Shown: positions 55,022 to 63,897 of the stretch, in pieces
How the letters are laid out: each line of letters starts with the position of its first letter
Numbering within the stretch: position 1 is the first letter of the stretch
NCBI GenBank assembly: GCA_039927815.1
Contig: JBDSUJ010000034.1
Coordinates: 1,170 to 65,169 of the forward strand
Direction of reading: 5' to 3'
DNA: 64,000 nucleotides
DNA from: Croceibacterium sp.
GTDB lineage: Bacteria > Pseudomonadota > Alphaproteobacteria > Sphingomonadales > Sphingomonadaceae
The notes under the pieces: generated by a model
Told to the model about the DNA's origin: nothing
Seen by the model: the letters and a program-made list of their open reading frames with translations, nothing else
Database searches by the model: none
Program-made: the position numbers and the translations under genes

Positions 55022-55549
55022 ATGACGATTTGGAAGGACAAGTCTAGCCTGGCCGCCGCAGCGTTCCTGGCGTTCATGCCGGCAACCACTGCCTTCGCTC
55101 AACAAGCGCCGCTGACGGTCAGGTCACTGGCCGATCGGGCGGCGATTTCCGACTTGCTTACCAGCTATTACAATAACTTCGGCGGCGGTGTCGGAAGCAA
55201 GGTTGGCGAGTACTATGCCGAGGACGGCGAAATGGTCCTCGGCCAGAACCACTACAAAGGCATCGCGGCGATCAAGGGCGCCTATGCCGCGGTTCCCGCC
55301 GACGCGCCGCAGCGCAAGTCCTTCGCCCTCAACATCCTGATCAGCAACCTGCTGGTCACGGTTCACGGCAACACGGCCACGGCGCGACTGGTATTCACCG
55401 AAACGACCATCGAGAAGCAGGGCGACGCACCCAAAATCCTGACCCAAGGTCGGGAGTTCGATAATCTGGTCAAGCGCAAGGGCCGCTGGCTAATCCTGAA
55501 GCGCCAGATCACGGGACCCAAGGGAGTGCCCGACGACTGGCGAGACTGA
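55022..55549 (+). CDS. Secreted NTF2/SnoaL-like domain protein
   Basis: Signal peptide MTIWKDKSSLAAAAFLAFMPATTAFAQ, with GAAGGAG upstream. I.DLL..YY......, the ...G...A...F.E.. pattern and the RKGRWLI tail are typical of SnoaL_4-like proteins. Confidence 0.7.
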   Translation: MTIWKDKSSLAAAAFLAFMPATTAFAQQAPLTVRSLADRAAISDLLTSYYNNFGGGVGSKVGEYYAEDGEMVLGQNHYKGIAAIKGAYAAVPADAPQRKSFALNILISNLLVTVHGNTATARLVFTETTIEKQGDAPKILTQGREFDNLVKRKGRWLILKRQITGPKGVPDDWRD

Positions 55550-55568
55550 TCGCTCCAGCTGCCGAGGC

Positions 55569-56129
55569 CTAGCGGGCCGCGCGAGGATCCTTTTCGCCGA
55601 GGCCCGGATAGAACAGCGACTTGTTCTGGCGCGATTCGTTGTACACGACGCGTTTCTTGAACTTCCACTCGCCATTGATCCGCGCGAGCTCGTCTTCGTA
55701 GTGGCCCATGAAAAGCACTTCGACCTGCCCGTGAGTGGTCTTGTTGGTCAACGCGAACCAGTACGCGAAGCTGGTGGCGGTATCGCCATTGACCATGATC
55801 ACGTGGTTCACGATCTGGTGCTGGTTGCGCTGCCGCTCGGTCGCGCCGACCGGGATCGTGCCCATCACCGCGCCGCCGCCGAACTTGCTCATCGCCTTGC
55901 GAATGGCAGCCGCGCCATGTTCAACCCCGCCGACCCAGTCGAGCACGCCATCGTCGGCCCAGGTTTTCATCACAGTTTCAATATCGCCGGCGTCGACCGC
56001 CACCATGTAGTGGTTCGACATATTCTCGATCAGCGCCCGGTCGTCGGCGTAGCTGTTCTTGGCGCTGACCGGGCTTGCGGTCATGGCTAGCGCCATCGCG
56101 GCCAGAGCTATCAAAGCTTTTTCAATCAT
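55569..56129 (-). CDS. Secreted NTF2/SnoaL-like domain protein
   Basis: Start MIEKALIALAAMALAMTASPVSA, with AGGGGGAAG upstream. DRALIENMSNHYMVAVDAGD...W.DDGVLDW and INGEWKFKKR are characteristic. Confidence 0.75.
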   Translation of the reverse strand: MIEKALIALAAMALAMTASPVSAKNSYADDRALIENMSNHYMVAVDAGDIETVMKTWADDGVLDWVGGVEHGAAAIRKAMSKFGGGAVMGTIPVGATERQRNQHQIVNHVIMVNGDTATSFAYWFALTNKTTHGQVEVLFMGHYEDELARINGEWKFKKRVVYNESRQNKSLFYPGLGEKDPRAAR

Positions 56130-56166
56130 GCTTCCCCCTTGTTCCGGCCGTTTACGACGGCCGCGA

Positions 56167-57762
56167 TCACACCAGTGGCAGTTCAACCGCTGACGCCCAT
56201 ACTCCATGCACCTGGCTGCTCAGCTTGAACGGCAGGATCACGCGGGCAAGATCGCCGTCTTCCATGCGCTCGGCGTCAAGGATGACGAGTTCCGAGCGGG
56301 CTTCGGCGAAGTTGCTGGCGACCCCGACCAGGTAGCCGTGGCCTTCTCCGCCGCCCTTGCGGGGCACGAAGGTCAGCTCCTGCAAGCCATGCGTGGGTCC
56401 GGTGAAATACTTGTGCAGCTCGCCGCTCTTGAGGTCGAAGCGACCGTAACTGTTGACCGGCGGGCGGGCGAGACCCGGCGAATGGGCGCGGTCGAACGGC
56501 CTCTCCGGATCGACGAACGAGGTGTAGAGATAGCGCGTTTCCAGGCTGAGGACCTGCGGGTCGACTTTGCCGAGGTCGGAGATGCTCGTCGGCCACAACA
56601 CCTCTTCGGTCCACCCGCCGCTGCGCGAGGACATGTCCAGCGTGATCTTGCGCACCAATGCGCGCGCGAGTTCGGGCTGGAACGGGGTGCCATCGACATT
56701 GGGGAAGAAGGGGAAGAAATTGCCGTCATAAAACGGGGCATACAGGACGACCTTATGGCCTTCGTCGTGGGCGTTGAAGGTGTGCATCATGCAGCGCAAC
56801 GGACCTTCGAACCAGCGCATGTCCTTGGCCTCGCCGTCGCGTGGCAGCACTCCGATGCGGCTCCGTTGGGTCTTGTCCCAACCCCAGTGAACCTTGCCGC
56901 TCTCCAACCGCTCCGGGCTGGTAACGTAGCCGGCGAAGGGGAAGATCATGTGCTTCTGGGTCAGCGCCATATCATGCATGATGCTGACATACGGGACGCG
57001 CGTGCGAATCTCCTGTTTCACCACACCACGCGAATCGAGACGGTAAACCCACAACGCATCGCTGGCGAGCCCGTCGGCTTCGTTACCGTAAGCGATCATG
57101 TCTCCGGAAACCGGATCGATCTTGGGATGGGCGGTGAACGTCTGGCTTTTCCAGCCGCCGTTGAAATCCCAGGTGCCGATCGTCGCCAGCGTGTTGGGAT
57201 CGATCTGGTGCGGGAGTCCGTCTTCCTTGAGCGCAAAGAGCTTGCCATTGTGGACCAGCGGTGCGGTGTTGGCGACGGTGCGGCGGTTGGGATGCGCGGG
57301 ATCCCGCACCATTGGATCATCGGTATAAGGGTTGCGGTAATAGCCGTAGAGCTGCCGGCCGGCGGACCGAAGCCGGGTGAGGCGCTCGGTCTCGATCCAG
57401 CGGCCTCTGAAGTCCACCTTGCCGTTCTTGATGCGGAACATGCTTATATAGCCGTCGGCATTGAGAGGGGCGTCGTCAGGGAACTTCGGCGGATAGTAAA
57501 ACTCGCCGCCCACGCGGTAGAAGGCTCCGTCCATGTCGGTGGGGATCTTGCCGACCACTTCGCAATCGCGGACTTCGGCGTCGAACCTCAGCGGAGCGTT
57601 GAAGCCCCGTCCCGGAGCTGTGTTCGCCAGCGGATTGAGCGACTTCCCATCCCACGGCGACGGGCTGCCATCCGCGTCACCAGCTTGGGCCCGGGCGGCG
57701 CCGGCGGCCTGGGCAGCAACCACCGTGCCGAGTGTGGCGCCCATGAACTCTCGCCTCTTCAC
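56167..57762 (-). CDS. Carotenoid cleavage oxygenase family protein (lignostilbene dioxygenase-like) with twin-arginine signal
   Basis: GTG start (VKRREFMGATLGTVVAAQAAGAARAQA) overlaps the upstream stop (GTGA). Body motifs FNAPLRFD.E, G.IP.D.DG.FYR.G, TAHPK.DP..G and HDMALT match RPE65/CCO enzymes. The usual four conserved His positions appear to be present. Confidence 0.85.
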   Translation of the reverse strand: MKRREFMGATLGTVVAAQAAGAARAQAGDADGSPSPWDGKSLNPLANTAPGRGFNAPLRFDAEVRDCEVVGKIPTDMDGAFYRVGGEFYYPPKFPDDAPLNADGYISMFRIKNGKVDFRGRWIETERLTRLRSAGRQLYGYYRNPYTDDPMVRDPAHPNRRTVANTAPLVHNGKLFALKEDGLPHQIDPNTLATIGTWDFNGGWKSQTFTAHPKIDPVSGDMIAYGNEADGLASDALWVYRLDSRGVVKQEIRTRVPYVSIMHDMALTQKHMIFPFAGYVTSPERLESGKVHWGWDKTQRSRIGVLPRDGEAKDMRWFEGPLRCMMHTFNAHDEGHKVVLYAPFYDGNFFPFFPNVDGTPFQPELARALVRKITLDMSSRSGGWTEEVLWPTSISDLGKVDPQVLSLETRYLYTSFVDPERPFDRAHSPGLARPPVNSYGRFDLKSGELHKYFTGPTHGLQELTFVPRKGGGEGHGYLVGVASNFAEARSELVILDAERMEDGDLARVILPFKLSSQVHGVWASAVELPLV

Positions 57763-58679
57763 TTGTCGCCGCCCGAGGTCCACGGTGAGCGTTGGTAGTA
57801 CGGAGCTTGGTAGAATGTCGCCACCACGGCGGCGATGCACCCATCCTGGACCTTGAACATCTCAAGAAACGCCCAGCTCTGCGGTTCCTGGAACACCGAC
57901 TTCGCCTTGGTCCCGTCGGTTAGAAGATAATCGTCGAGCACACCCTTGTGATCGATAAAGCCGCGCGCCATCGCAATCTGGCGCTCTTCGTCCACCAGCA
58001 CGATTTCTCGCCGCACCCGGTTGTTGAAAGCGTACCGCCCAGACCGGAAGCCGCCACCGATATCGGCAAACAGCATGCCGTTTTCCCGCCGCGTCGCATC
58101 GCTGCGAAAACAGGTGCCGCGGATTTCGCCGTTGTTGTGCTGGAGGGTGTCGAAATAGCCGTTCGCGTGGGCGATCAACTGTTGTCGGCTGAGTCGTTTC
58201 TCTCTCGGCGCAGTCTGCATGATAATGGGATCGTGGACGTACTCGGACACCTTGCCGATTGGCGTGGGCGGGCTGCTCAGGTTCCGGCGGGTCGAAATCA
58301 CATGTTCGACCTCGGTGATTCTTCCGCCAACGACTTTGAGGCGGATCGCGAGGAAGCCTTCTATTTCGCGTTGCCGTGTCGCGGTGAATATGCCGACTGC
58401 TCCCAGCCGCGGATCGGACAGGATGAGCGCCGGCCCGGGCTCTTGCGTCACGGTGTCCCAAGTCCCGTCGGTAAACGGCATTGCGACATTGTTTTCCGTA
58501 AAGCGAACTCGGGCGGCAAACGGGGCCAATTTGGGATCGTGAGCGAGGTAGGCAGCGCGGTACTTGGCCGCGATTGCTTCAAGGCAGACCCGGTCGCAAG
58601 CTTGGGGTTTTGCGGCGAGTCCCGTCGGCACCGCCGCGGTCATCATGAGACAGGCAACAAGAGCCCTCAGGAATTTCAT
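57759..58679 (-). CDS. Secreted protein of unknown function (306 aa)
   Basis: Signal peptide MKFLRALVACLMMTAAVPTGLAA. GGGGAGGA Shine-Dalgarno. Translationally coupled to the oxygenase gene. No family recognised. Confidence 0.65.
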   Translation of the reverse strand: MKFLRALVACLMMTAAVPTGLAAKPQACDRVCLEAIAAKYRAAYLAHDPKLAPFAARVRFTENNVAMPFTDGTWDTVTQEPGPALILSDPRLGAVGIFTATRQREIEGFLAIRLKVVGGRITEVEHVISTRRNLSSPPTPIGKVSEYVHDPIIMQTAPREKRLSRQQLIAHANGYFDTLQHNNGEIRGTCFRSDATRRENGMLFADIGGGFRSGRYAFNNRVRREIVLVDEERQIAMARGFIDHKGVLDDYLLTDGTKAKSVFQEPQSWAFLEMFKVQDGCIAAVVATFYQAPYYQRSPWTSGGDK

Positions 58680-58909
58680 GTCAGGTGATCCTCCCCGCGA
58701 GCCTACCTTTACCGGTAAGTCTCACCCAATATTCATGGCGCGCCGAATATTCTTGATCGCACTTTATCAGGATGAGTTGACTACTCAACCCAAATGACGG
58801 CACATCGGCAACGGGACCGACAAATTTACAAAGCCCGCGGGGGCCGATCTCGGGCGTATTTGCGTCCTGGTCGAGACCCAACCAGCGCGGCAACAGGGGG
58901 GAAATCACG

Positions 58910-61477
58910 ATGAAGGCAATTCGAATCACGGCTGGTGCACTGACCGTCAGCAAAATGGGCCTGGCAATCGGGTTGGCGATGGGGGCTTCGGCAACCTTCG
59001 CCCAAGGTACCCCGGTTACACCCAAACCTGCCGATGACGGCACCGGCGAGATCGTCGTCACGGCACAGTTCCGCGAACAGAACCTTCAGGACACACCACT
59101 GGCCATCACCGCGGTCAACGCCGCGCTGCTGGAGGCGCGCAGCCAGACGGACATCAGCCAGGTGGCCAACCAGGCGCCTTCGGTCACTCTTAAGCCCCAG
59201 GGCGCGGCGTTCGGACCCGCGTTGGGTGCCAATATCCGGGGCGTAGGCCAGTTCGACTTCAATCCCGCGTTGGAACCGGGCGTCGGGTTCTATGTCGACG
59301 ATGTGTACTACGCCACGCTTACCGGCTCGATCCTCGATCTGCTCGATCTGGACCGGGTCGAGGTCCTGCGCGGACCGCAGGGAACCCTGGCGGGCCGCAA
59401 CTCAATCGGCGGCGCGGTCAAGCTCTATTCGCAGAAGCCCACGGGCAGCGGCACGGGATATGTCTCCGCTGCGTACGGCAGCCGCAATCGGGTCGACTTG
59501 CGAGCCAGCGCCGACTTTCATCTCGCCCAGGGCGTGGATGTCCGCCTGTCGGGCGTTTCAAAGCAGCAGCAAGGGTACATCGATCGGCTCGACTTCGGCT
59601 GCGTCTATCCCGCGGGCGGCACGGCCACCTTTGTTCCGGCTTTCCCCACTGCGACAAATCCCACCATGGCGCCAATGCTGGTCAATCCTGTCGGCGGGGT
59701 CCCCGCGCGAACCAACAATCCCGGGTGTCTGGCCGCGAAAGAAGGCGAAGTGGGATTCATCGCGCTCAGGGGTCAGGTCCGCCTGCGCCCGACCGACAAT
59801 ATCGATATCAACCTGATCGGCGACTACACCGATGACGACCGCACCGCGGCGGGCACGGTGATCCTGCAGCGCAATTATCCGGACGGCACCGTGGCCAGCC
59901 CGCGCTATCCGCTGCCGCTGATCCCCGCTCCCGGGTCCTCGCCCGCGCAGAATTATGCGACCGCCACCGCACCGACCCGGGACATCAACCCGTTCGCCGC
60001 GCCGAACACGCTCCTGTCATACGACAACCGCTTCCTGTGTGGGCCCTATTGCAACTACGCGACTTACGACAATCCGGCTGATGGCCCGTTCCGAGCCTCC
60101 ACGGCGGATGGGCGCGTCCATTTCAAGGGTTGGGGCGTCTCGGGCCAGGTTGACTGGGATCTGTCCAAGGCATTCCAGGTCAAGTCGATCACCGCCTACC
60201 GGGCCTACACCTCGATATTCGCTAACGACAACGACGCCTCTCCGCTCGCACACAGCCTCGGCTACGGCCCGCTGACATTCTCGTTTTTCAGCCAGGAACT
60301 GCGCCTCAACGGTTCGGTCGGCGATACCATCGAATATACTCTGGGCGGTTACTACAGCACTCAGAAGTCGGTCTATGCCTCGTTCCAGGACTTGCGGTCC
60401 TCGGCGCTTGAATTCCAGCAGCGCGATCCGGTTAACGCCGACAGCAAGGCGGTCTTCGCGCACGTCGCGTGGAACCCGATCGATCCTCTGACCCTCACCG
60501 GCGGCATCCGCTACACGAAAGAATCGAAAGACTACACTTACATCCGGGAGCGGCCCTACAACGATCCGACCGCAACGACTGCAGCCGCCGTCCTGCCGCT
60601 CAACGGGACCGTCGGCCACTACGAAGGCGACCGGATCGATTACCGCGCGAACCTGCAATACGCGATCACCGACGACGTGATGGCGTACGTTCAGTATTCG
60701 ACCGGGTTCAAGGGCGGCGGTGTCAATCCGCGGCCGTTCTTCGTCCAGCAGGCACTGCCGTTCAGCCCTGAAACGCTCGAGGCATACGAAGGCGGCCTCA
60801 AGACCGATCTGTTCGACCGGCACGTGCGGCTCAACCTTGCGGCTTACCTCAGCAAGTACAACGGCATCCAGTTGTCGCTCGGCAACTGCACCGCGATCAC
60901 GGGCGTGGGTTTCGGCGCGCCGTGCGCCCTCCCGGTCAATGCGGGCAATGCGGACATCAAGGGTTTCGAGGCTGAAACCACCATCAAGCCGATCGCTGGC
61001 CTGACCATCGATGGCTCGCTCAGCTATCTTGATTTCAAGTACAAAAGCTTCGGTACTTTCACCTCCGGCACGACCACCGTATCCGTGGGCGGACCGACCA
61101 ATCTCAACGGACCGCAGTACGGCAACTATCCTCCGTTCACTCCGAAGTGGAAATGGAGCGCGGGCCTCCAGTACGAGATCCCGCTCGGCACATCCGGCTC
61201 GCTCACGCCGCGGGTGGATGCCTCGTACCAGGGCACGGTATTTGCTGCCTCGGCCAACCGCCCGAGCAATCGCATCGAGGCTTACACGGTTGCCAACGCG
61301 CGGATGACGTGGCGCAATGAGCAGGAAGACCTGAGCATCTCGGTCGAGGTCACCAACCTTTTCGACGAGTACTATCTGCTGACGATTTTCGACCAGACCG
61401 TGGGCGGCCAAGGATACGCGACCGGCCAGCCCGGGCGCCCGCGCGAATGGGCGATCAGCGCCAAGAAAAAGTTCTGA
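58910..61477 (+). CDS. TonB-dependent receptor (cluster B)
   Basis: 855 aa. Signal peptide ends SATFAQG. Plug motifs GEIVVTAQFREQNLQDTPLAI and VEVLRGPQGTLAGRNSIGGAVKLY. C-terminal ...WAISAKKKF. Confidence 0.9.
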   Translation: MKAIRITAGALTVSKMGLAIGLAMGASATFAQGTPVTPKPADDGTGEIVVTAQFREQNLQDTPLAITAVNAALLEARSQTDISQVANQAPSVTLKPQGAAFGPALGANIRGVGQFDFNPALEPGVGFYVDDVYYATLTGSILDLLDLDRVEVLRGPQGTLAGRNSIGGAVKLYSQKPTGSGTGYVSAAYGSRNRVDLRASADFHLAQGVDVRLSGVSKQQQGYIDRLDFGCVYPAGGTATFVPAFPTATNPTMAPMLVNPVGGVPARTNNPGCLAAKEGEVGFIALRGQVRLRPTDNIDINLIGDYTDDDRTAAGTVILQRNYPDGTVASPRYPLPLIPAPGSSPAQNYATATAPTRDINPFAAPNTLLSYDNRFLCGPYCNYATYDNPADGPFRASTADGRVHFKGWGVSGQVDWDLSKAFQVKSITAYRAYTSIFANDNDASPLAHSLGYGPLTFSFFSQELRLNGSVGDTIEYTLGGYYSTQKSVYASFQDLRSSALEFQQRDPVNADSKAVFAHVAWNPIDPLTLTGGIRYTKESKDYTYIRERPYNDPTATTAAAVLPLNGTVGHYEGDRIDYRANLQYAITDDVMAYVQYSTGFKGGGVNPRPFFVQQALPFSPETLEAYEGGLKTDLFDRHVRLNLAAYLSKYNGIQLSLGNCTAITGVGFGAPCALPVNAGNADIKGFEAETTIKPIAGLTIDGSLSYLDFKYKSFGTFTSGTTTVSVGGPTNLNGPQYGNYPPFTPKWKWSAGLQYEIPLGTSGSLTPRVDASYQGTVFAASANRPSNRIEAYTVANARMTWRNEQEDLSISVEVTNLFDEYYLLTIFDQTVGGQGYATGQPGRPREWAISAKKKF

Positions 61478-61488
61478 CCAAACTGATG

Positions 61489-61511
61489 GGGCGCCGGCTT
61501 GTTCGGCGCCC
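61489..61511. terminator. Hairpin between the convergent TonB receptor gene and the cluster B minus-strand operon
   Basis: GGGCGCCG (61489-61496), loop GCTTGTT, CGGCGCCC (61504-61511). No clear U-tract on either side. Confidence 0.45.
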
Positions 61512-61528
61512 TCAATGCCATGCGTTAG

Positions 61529-62278
61529 CTATTTGCCCGCGGGCGCATCGCGGTTCTGGTACTCAAGCGCGAAGCTGGGATCGCATTCATAGGGCAGGAT
61601 GTGCAGGCCCTGGCGCGTCCAGCGGATGAAGCGTGCGCCGGTGTTGTCCAGCACCGCTGGATCCTCAAACCACTGCGTCGCCATCAACGACTTGCCGTCC
61701 GCGCTCAGCTTGTAGCGTTCGACCATATGGATGCGGTCCGAATGATCGAGCCCGTTGTTGGTGATGGTCGACGCGGCCAAGTGGTCGGTGTCGACCACCA
61801 GCTCGTCGCCGTCCCAGCGGCCGATCGAATGGCCCATCTTGGTGTGCGGGAAATCGGGCCCGGGGTGGCCCCTTCCGTCCATGAATATCACGCGTACCTG
61901 ATCGTAATATTCGTAGCGGAAGATCAGCGCGTCATGCGTCTGTTCGACTTCGAAGGGGAATGGGCCCTGCACGGCATAGACGATCGAGGGCGGCACGCAG
62001 ACCTTCTGCAAGGTCATCTCGTCCTCGGCCTTCCAGGTTCTCGCCTTTTCCAGCGCCTCCGGCTTGAGTTTGAGGCCGCCGAATTCCATTCTGCCGAATT
62101 CGGCCGGGCCGCTGTCGGCGAGGATGACGCTGCCCGGAGGCAGCTTCGCTGCCAGACCCGGCTCAGGCGCGAGGTCCGAGGCCGTGAAAGTGGGGCCCCA
62201 ATAGCCTGACAAGTCGGGCTCGGCGAGCGCGGCGCTCGGGACGAGCAGCAGAAGCGAGGCAAAAGCTATTAGGCGCAT
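61529..62278 (-). CDS. Periplasmic protein of unknown function (partner family, copy P-B1)
   Basis: 249 aa. Signal peptide MRLIAFASLLLLVPSAALA. Shares VCVPP, RVIFMDGRGH, GHSIGRWDGDELVVDT, HMVERYKL and PYECD with P-A and P-B2. Its ATG shares 1 nt with the upstream stop. Confidence 0.75.
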   Translation of the reverse strand: MRLIAFASLLLLVPSAALAEPDLSGYWGPTFTASDLAPEPGLAAKLPPGSVILADSGPAEFGRMEFGGLKLKPEALEKARTWKAEDEMTLQKVCVPPSIVYAVQGPFPFEVEQTHDALIFRYEYYDQVRVIFMDGRGHPGPDFPHTKMGHSIGRWDGDELVVDTDHLAASTITNNGLDHSDRIHMVERYKLSADGKSLMATQWFEDPAVLDNTGARFIRWTRQGLHILPYECDPSFALEYQNRDAPAGK

Positions 62279-62667
62279 CAGCTGTCGGTCTTGCCAAAAG
62301 CCGACTTGCCAATGGGCTTGCCGCTGGAGTCAGAGGCGGCGCGCAGGCGGGCGTAAGGTTTGCCATCGCGCGATGGCCACCCCTCGATGGTAATCACATC
62401 GCCTGCCTTCAGGATGTCACGCGTCCATCCCCGGCGTACCAGGACAACCGGTGCATTGGTCTCCACTCGCCACGGAGTTACCGTGCCTTTCGCATCCGTC
62501 ACGTCGAGCGTGATAAGGCCATGTGGGTTGGTGAAGCGAAAGCCTGTCACCTTGCCCTTGATCTTGATGTCCTTGGTATCATCGAAAAACACCGCGAACG
62601 AGTGGTGCGCCTGCGCCGCTGTGCCTGCGCAGCACAGCGCGGCCGCCAGCAATAATCGGTTACGCAT
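62278..62667 (-). CDS. Small secreted DUF6152-like protein (paralog B1)
   Basis: 129 aa. Signal peptide ends TAAQA, followed by HHSFAVFFD. Conserved FTNPH, GWTRDILKAGD. Confidence 0.8.
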   Translation of the reverse strand: MRNRLLLAAALCCAGTAAQAHHSFAVFFDDTKDIKIKGKVTGFRFTNPHGLITLDVTDAKGTVTPWRVETNAPVVLVRRGWTRDILKAGDVITIEGWPSRDGKPYARLRAASDSSGKPIGKSAFGKTDS

Positions 62668-62732
62668 CGATACTCTCCCATTTGGCCAGCGTACGATCTG
62701 GCCAGCTTCCTGACAGACGCCGCGCCGCGCCG

Positions 62733-63521
62733 TTAATCGAAACCCGTGTTGCCATTTTCATCCACCGGATTGCGATCGTTTTCCGAACACTCGAACTCGA
62801 GGAGTTTGCCGTAGCGGTCCCGCCGATACCTGACAGTTACTTCGAACGGCTCGGCCAGCGCCTTGGGATCCTCCATGCGCATCTCGTTGATCAGCACATC
62901 GGGGTTGGCAGGATCGAGATGGAGCCGCTCGGTCAAATGGAAGTTGTCCGAATGCGGCATGCCAGTATCGATATCGAGCGCGTCGGAAATGCCGATCGTA
63001 TCGGCCACCAGTGTATCGCCTTCCCAATGGCCGATGCTGTCACCCATGAAGGTGGGGTCGGGATCGTCCTCGTGCGTGCGACCGTCGGTCCAGATCGTTC
63101 GCGTCTGCATCCATGCTTCCTGCTGGATGGTGACCCGGCCGGGCGCGAACAGGAACTCGTAGGGGTACTGCGGCAGCCGCATGATTCGCGGCATCCCCGG
63201 CGGGCTGCAGTTGGACCGGTTGCGTCTGGTCACTCCCGAGGCCGTACGCGTGGCATTGCGCCACGCCGTGTAGCGGGCCAGGTATTCGCCCTTGAGCTTG
63301 GGCTGCGGCGCCGGCCCGCCGCTGGGGGCACCGCCCATCACGAACCAGACCCCGCCCCAATCGGGCAAGGCGTCGAGCGCGGCGTAATGGCCCTTGGCGT
63401 CGGCCGCGCCGCGACCCGCGGCAACGCCTGCCGGCGGGGGCGAGGCGGTTGCCGCACCAAGCTGCGCAAGCGCAGGAGCCGCCGCCGCTGTCGCGAGCAA
63501 AAATCCGAGCACTAACCGCAC
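62733..63521 (-). CDS. Periplasmic protein of unknown function (partner family, copy P-B2)
   Basis: Preferred start is GTG 63521 (VRLVLGFLLATAAAAPALAQ), 8 nt after the upstream stop. Alternatives are ATG 63557 and 63617. Motifs NCSPPGMPRIM, RTIWTDGRTHED, GDSIGHWEGDTLVADT, HLTERLHL, FECSEND. Confidence 0.75.
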   Translation of the reverse strand: MRLVLGFLLATAAAAPALAQLGAATASPPPAGVAAGRGAADAKGHYAALDALPDWGGVWFVMGGAPSGGPAPQPKLKGEYLARYTAWRNATRTASGVTRRNRSNCSPPGMPRIMRLPQYPYEFLFAPGRVTIQQEAWMQTRTIWTDGRTHEDDPDPTFMGDSIGHWEGDTLVADTIGISDALDIDTGMPHSDNFHLTERLHLDPANPDVLINEMRMEDPKALAEPFEVTVRYRRDRYGKLLEFECSENDRNPVDENGNTGFD

Positions 63522-63528
63522 CGGCCCG

Positions 63529-63897
63529 TCAGCCCACTGTGCCGAGAGTCTTGCCATCGACCAACCTGACCCCGGCATAACTGCCGCCTTTGGTGCCACT
63601 GCGCAGCGGATGAACATAGAGCTTCACCTTATCGCCCGGCTTCAGCGAGCTGCGCCGCCAGCCCTCCTGGGCGAGATTGTTGGGGCTGGTCATCTCGATA
63701 TTCCAATGCTCGCTCCCGTCCGGCGCCTTGATATCGGCTTCGATGAAGCTGTGTGGGTTCTGCCATTTGAACTTGGTTATGGTGGCATCGAGCGCGAGGG
63801 TCTTCTGCATGTCGAACATGGCGTAGCTGTGATGCGCGAGCGCCGGCACAGCCGCGATCACCGCAGCGACGGTGAGGATCAAGGTGGCTTTCTTCAT
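63529..63897 (-). CDS. Small secreted DUF6152-like protein (paralog B2)
   Basis: Start MKKATLILTVAAVIAAVPALA, with GGAGG upstream. Followed by HHSYAMFD, WQNPH, GWRRSSLKPGD. Shares a 23-nt identical DNA stretch with paralog A1. Confidence 0.8.
   Translation of the reverse strand: MKKATLILTVAAVIAAVPALAHHSYAMFDMQKTLALDATITKFKWQNPHSFIEADIKAPDGSEHWNIEMTSPNNLAQEGWRRSSLKPGDKVKLYVHPLRSGTKGGSYAGVRLVDGKTLGTVG

Noticed and set aside
58729-58787. AATATTC direct repeat and TGAGT-N5-ACTCA inverted repeat in the 58680-58909 intergenic region
   Set aside because: The repeats are 5-7 nt only and could arise by chance. The shared AGTTGAC word is mentioned under the cluster A control-region finding and is not called as a feature here.
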